This document shows, in pieces, positions 51,830-55,181 of a stretch of 55,181 nucleotides of DNA. Each line of letters opens with the position of its first letter. Position 1 is the stretch's first letter. The translations under genes were made by a program, and so were the position numbers. Below the pieces are notes generated by a model. The model worked only from the letters and a program-made list of their open reading frames with translations, did no database searches and had not been told where the DNA came from. The stretch is from Girardia tigrina. Its lineage: Eukaryota. The stretch lies in assembly GCA_001938485.1 (NCBI GenBank), contig MQRK01213248.1, positions 1-55,181 of the forward strand, given 5' to 3'.

Positions 51830-54298
51830 ACTTACAGATTAGTTTTAAGACTTGTGCCTGAACTTCTTCCTTTATTTCAATTAATTCTTTTTGCATCATA
51901 AAATCTTGATCAGATATATTGCAGTTTAGTGGATCTATGATCCATACCGGGACATTCAAATTTTCAATATCTTTAAATCGGATATTAAAATCTTTTTTGT
52001 AATTTTGTAGGTGGCTTGTATATAAAAATATATCGTCGGAGGAAATGAAATCCTTTTCAATAACGGATAATCGCATTAAGTTATCAAAATAATGGAATTC
52101 TTTTCTATTGAGTGTCGATACAAACAAATCAATTTTAGAACGAAAACCAAAAATAATCGTTCTAGCTTGAATGATATTGATGTATTTTCCTTGCAATTTG
52201 TTTTGTGTGCCGTTGAATATATCAGTAAAGTAAAAGATATGTGTAGTGGGCTCGATCACGCTTTTCGTGACCGAGAAACCAAAAAGGAGAACAAGCCGAC
52301 TACAAAATTTATTAACATAAAAATATTCCTTTACAATTGAAATCCCTTGTTGATCTTTAGTTTTTGCATTCGACATTTTTTTCGTAAATCTGATTATTAA
52401 AACAAAAAAACTTTTTCGTTTTTTTTAATTAAATGTTGATTTAATTTTTCTGAAAGAATTTTTTTCCAACTAATTTAGGCATTTCTGCTTGATTTTTTAT
52501 AGGAAAATGTGCTTCGAATAAATTAGTTGATTAATATTTTTTTAGTAAAATAGTAAAAAAATTGAATGTTATTTGCATTAGTGAAATTTGTAAAAATTTA
52601 AATGATTTGATTATTCAAGGAAAATCAAAGCGCCACAATATGTTTTTTGAATTTGATTAACTTTTTTTAATATAGTGACAGAATTTCTCCTTGAAATTGA
52701 CAATTCTATGGCGACAATGTCTATAAAACGTTGCTGACAGTTACCTTTGGAAAGCCATCGAATCTCCGTGTGAAGAAGCAATTATTGTAACTTTCATCAT
52801 TGTGATCACACAATTGCTCAAAAAGACGGCCATTTAAAGCTTTAACCTTGATAGTATTTATTGCCTTTATGCATAGTTCTAAAACAATATGAAGCTCTTC
52901 ATGAATATTTTTCGCAACTAAATGTTGCCTATGTAAGAAACAATGAACAATCAAAATTTTAGGCACTTTGTTTTTAAGATAAGTTAAAAAATCACGATAT
53001 TTTCCAACCATCGCTGGTGCACCACCAGAAGAAGCTTCAGTAATGTTGGACAGGGAAATGTCGTAATTGCTGGAAAATGTTTTAAAAACAATGCAATATG
53101 TTTTCCCCTCTTGTGTATGTTTCGAGAGCCTTTGCGCACAAAAACTCCTCTATTATTGCTTCCTTTGCACCACTATAATAACGCATATAGATCATTAAAA
53201 TGCTGTCCTTTCCAAAAGTCGATTCATCCAGCTGTATTGCACATTTAGTAACCCTTAATTATGATATCAGTTGTTGTTCAATAAATACTGCTATTTCATC
53301 TATGCGACGTCGAACTGTATTGTTACTTAGCGGAAAACTTTGTAAAATTGGATCCGGATTCATTTTCATAACTGTAGTTATTACTTCTCTAACTACTGGT
53401 AATAAAAAATTTTCACCAACTATGTGCGGGTATCCATGTTTTGCAATTAAATATGAAATGTTATATGAAGCTTCGAGTCCTCCTTCATAATTCTTAGATG
53501 TCGATAGAATCAAAAATGATTTAATTCCTTTCTTTGATTGTATTAAAATTTATCTTTGAGATTTTTAAAGTACTCCAAATTGTTTTCCTTTTTATCTGAA
53601 TGCATTCTTGTTAAATGGTCTTTCATTTTTGACGGTTTTATTGCATCATTACCAAAGGATTTCTCAGAGATAATACACAAAGGTACTATTGCATTTCAGG
53701 TGACGAAATAAATCCAAACATTAAACATTCTTCAGAATATTGGCGAAATTTTCTTTTTTCATGCGACATCGTTAAATTGGTTAAATTGGTTAATGATTAA
53801 CTATTAAATTTAAATAATAATTTTATAAATTATTAAGTAGAAATGCATTGACTTTGTATATGGTGATATGTGAAAAATAAAAAAAAGTTTATATCGGTAA
53901 TAACAACGAAAAGATCAAATAGACTTGTGTCCGAGATGAAAAATCGAGATGATTTAATTTGAAACCAAAGGCAAAACGAAACCATAGCTACATAAAACAA
54001 AAAGTGAGCATTTTTTGTGAAAATCTATAATTTCCTGAATGAATATTTTCTCGTAAAATCTTAGTAAGCTTTAGATGTTTTGAAATTTGTTGTTTTTGGT
54101 TTAAAATCATTGTATTTTGCATGGAAAAAAATCAAAAGAATTCAGAATTTTTTTCAAGATATATTTCTATATAAATATTCTATATATAATGTACAATTCT
54201 GCTATAGACTCCCTATCGGCCCCTTGATCATCGTCGACTCCCTTAGAAATTTCATCGACCCCTAAGGGATCCATACCGACCCCTTTGGGAACCTTTTA
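51830..54298 (-). mobile_element. hAT Charlie/Buster (ZBED5/SCAND3-like) element, 3'-truncated and interrupted at ~52248-52720
   Basis: ATG at 53769 MSHEKRKFRQYSEE..FGF; LSNNTVRRRI, QLDEST, HCFLHRQHL, TEIRWLSKG; terminus-like GGTTCCCAAAGGGGTCG at ~54278-54294. Confidence 0.9.
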
Positions 54299-55181
54299 TT
54301 ATAAATACTAAAATTTTGATTTCTATTTTTTTTTCCAAAATTTTTAAGTGTTCGATAGATATTGGTGTATAACTATTTATGTAAATGTAATAAAAATAAA
54401 ATCAAGAATTCATTCGATAAAATTAAGTTATAGTTACATCGAGTGTTTATCAAATCAATATTTTACATAAAATAATTAAATCAGATCACCAGCGTAACAA
54501 AGCTGAACATATATTAAATTATATTAATATTTCCTGTTGGCAGACAATAATTCATAAATCTTAATTAAATGATAATTCAACATTATATTATTTTTTATCT
54601 GTTTTAAACCTCTAAAATTTGTTTATCAATTCTGAATAATTACGTTTGTTTGCCGCCTGAATGCGCACTGTCTGCCATGACAATTTAGGTACTTGTTAAT
54701 CGATTTCGCTAGTCATTTTACTTGAATGTTCCTTTTTTATAAGTTTTACTGATATACATAACAAATGACCTTTTGTAGTTCATTTTATTATTGTAGCGAC
54801 TACAAATACAACGAGGAAGTTATCATAAATAATGCAACATAGAATATAATATTGATGTTTAGTAGTAAGTATTAAGAACATCAATTGGGTTTTCTTTACA
54901 TTTATTATTATCATAATTTGAATTGTCACTAGAACAATTCTCCGTAAAACATGCGTAGCTAGTCATCGTTCTTGATTGATAATTTTTAATAATATTCTTT
55001 AACGTCTTATTATTCAAACAAATTTAAATTACAATTTAATTATTACAAAAATAATTTATACGTTAAATTTAAAGTACAGGGTTATCATAAAGTAACTAGA
55101 GTTTTAAAACCACTTTAATATTTCGTAGAAATAGTGGAAAACACAAAACAAATTGAAAAATGTATTCAGTTATATTTCGGA

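Overview
AT-rich, repeat-dense eukaryotic genomic DNA from a draft assembly, with five N gaps (7274-7814, 22241-22419, 22780-22969, 24312-24361, 49049-49488). The composition, a 50-bp intron next to multi-kb introns and the TE spectrum suggest an invertebrate such as a planarian (inference only). One host gene can be built with confidence. It is a minus-strand 7-bladed WD40 gene resembling the FBXW7/beta-TrCP propeller, with five visible exons (46152->20541) and a 17.2-kb last intron; its 5' part is not seen. Most of the rest is nested transposon debris: mariner, Tc1-like, pogo, MULE, hAT, piggyBac, Helitron, Ty3/gypsy, an RLE-type non-LTR element and Penelope-like elements. The four most notable items are: (1) a 5S rRNA-headed SINE whose body and tail resemble the Meta/RUDI SINE domain; (2) two divergent Penelope fragments, each ending in a minimal hammerhead ribozyme; (3) a gypsy-type gag-protease preceded by extra short ORFs, one integrase-like; (4) an LTR element encoding a low-complexity polypeptide with repeated TQT/xQTD (LC8-type) motifs. 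All calls were made by eye, with no database searches.
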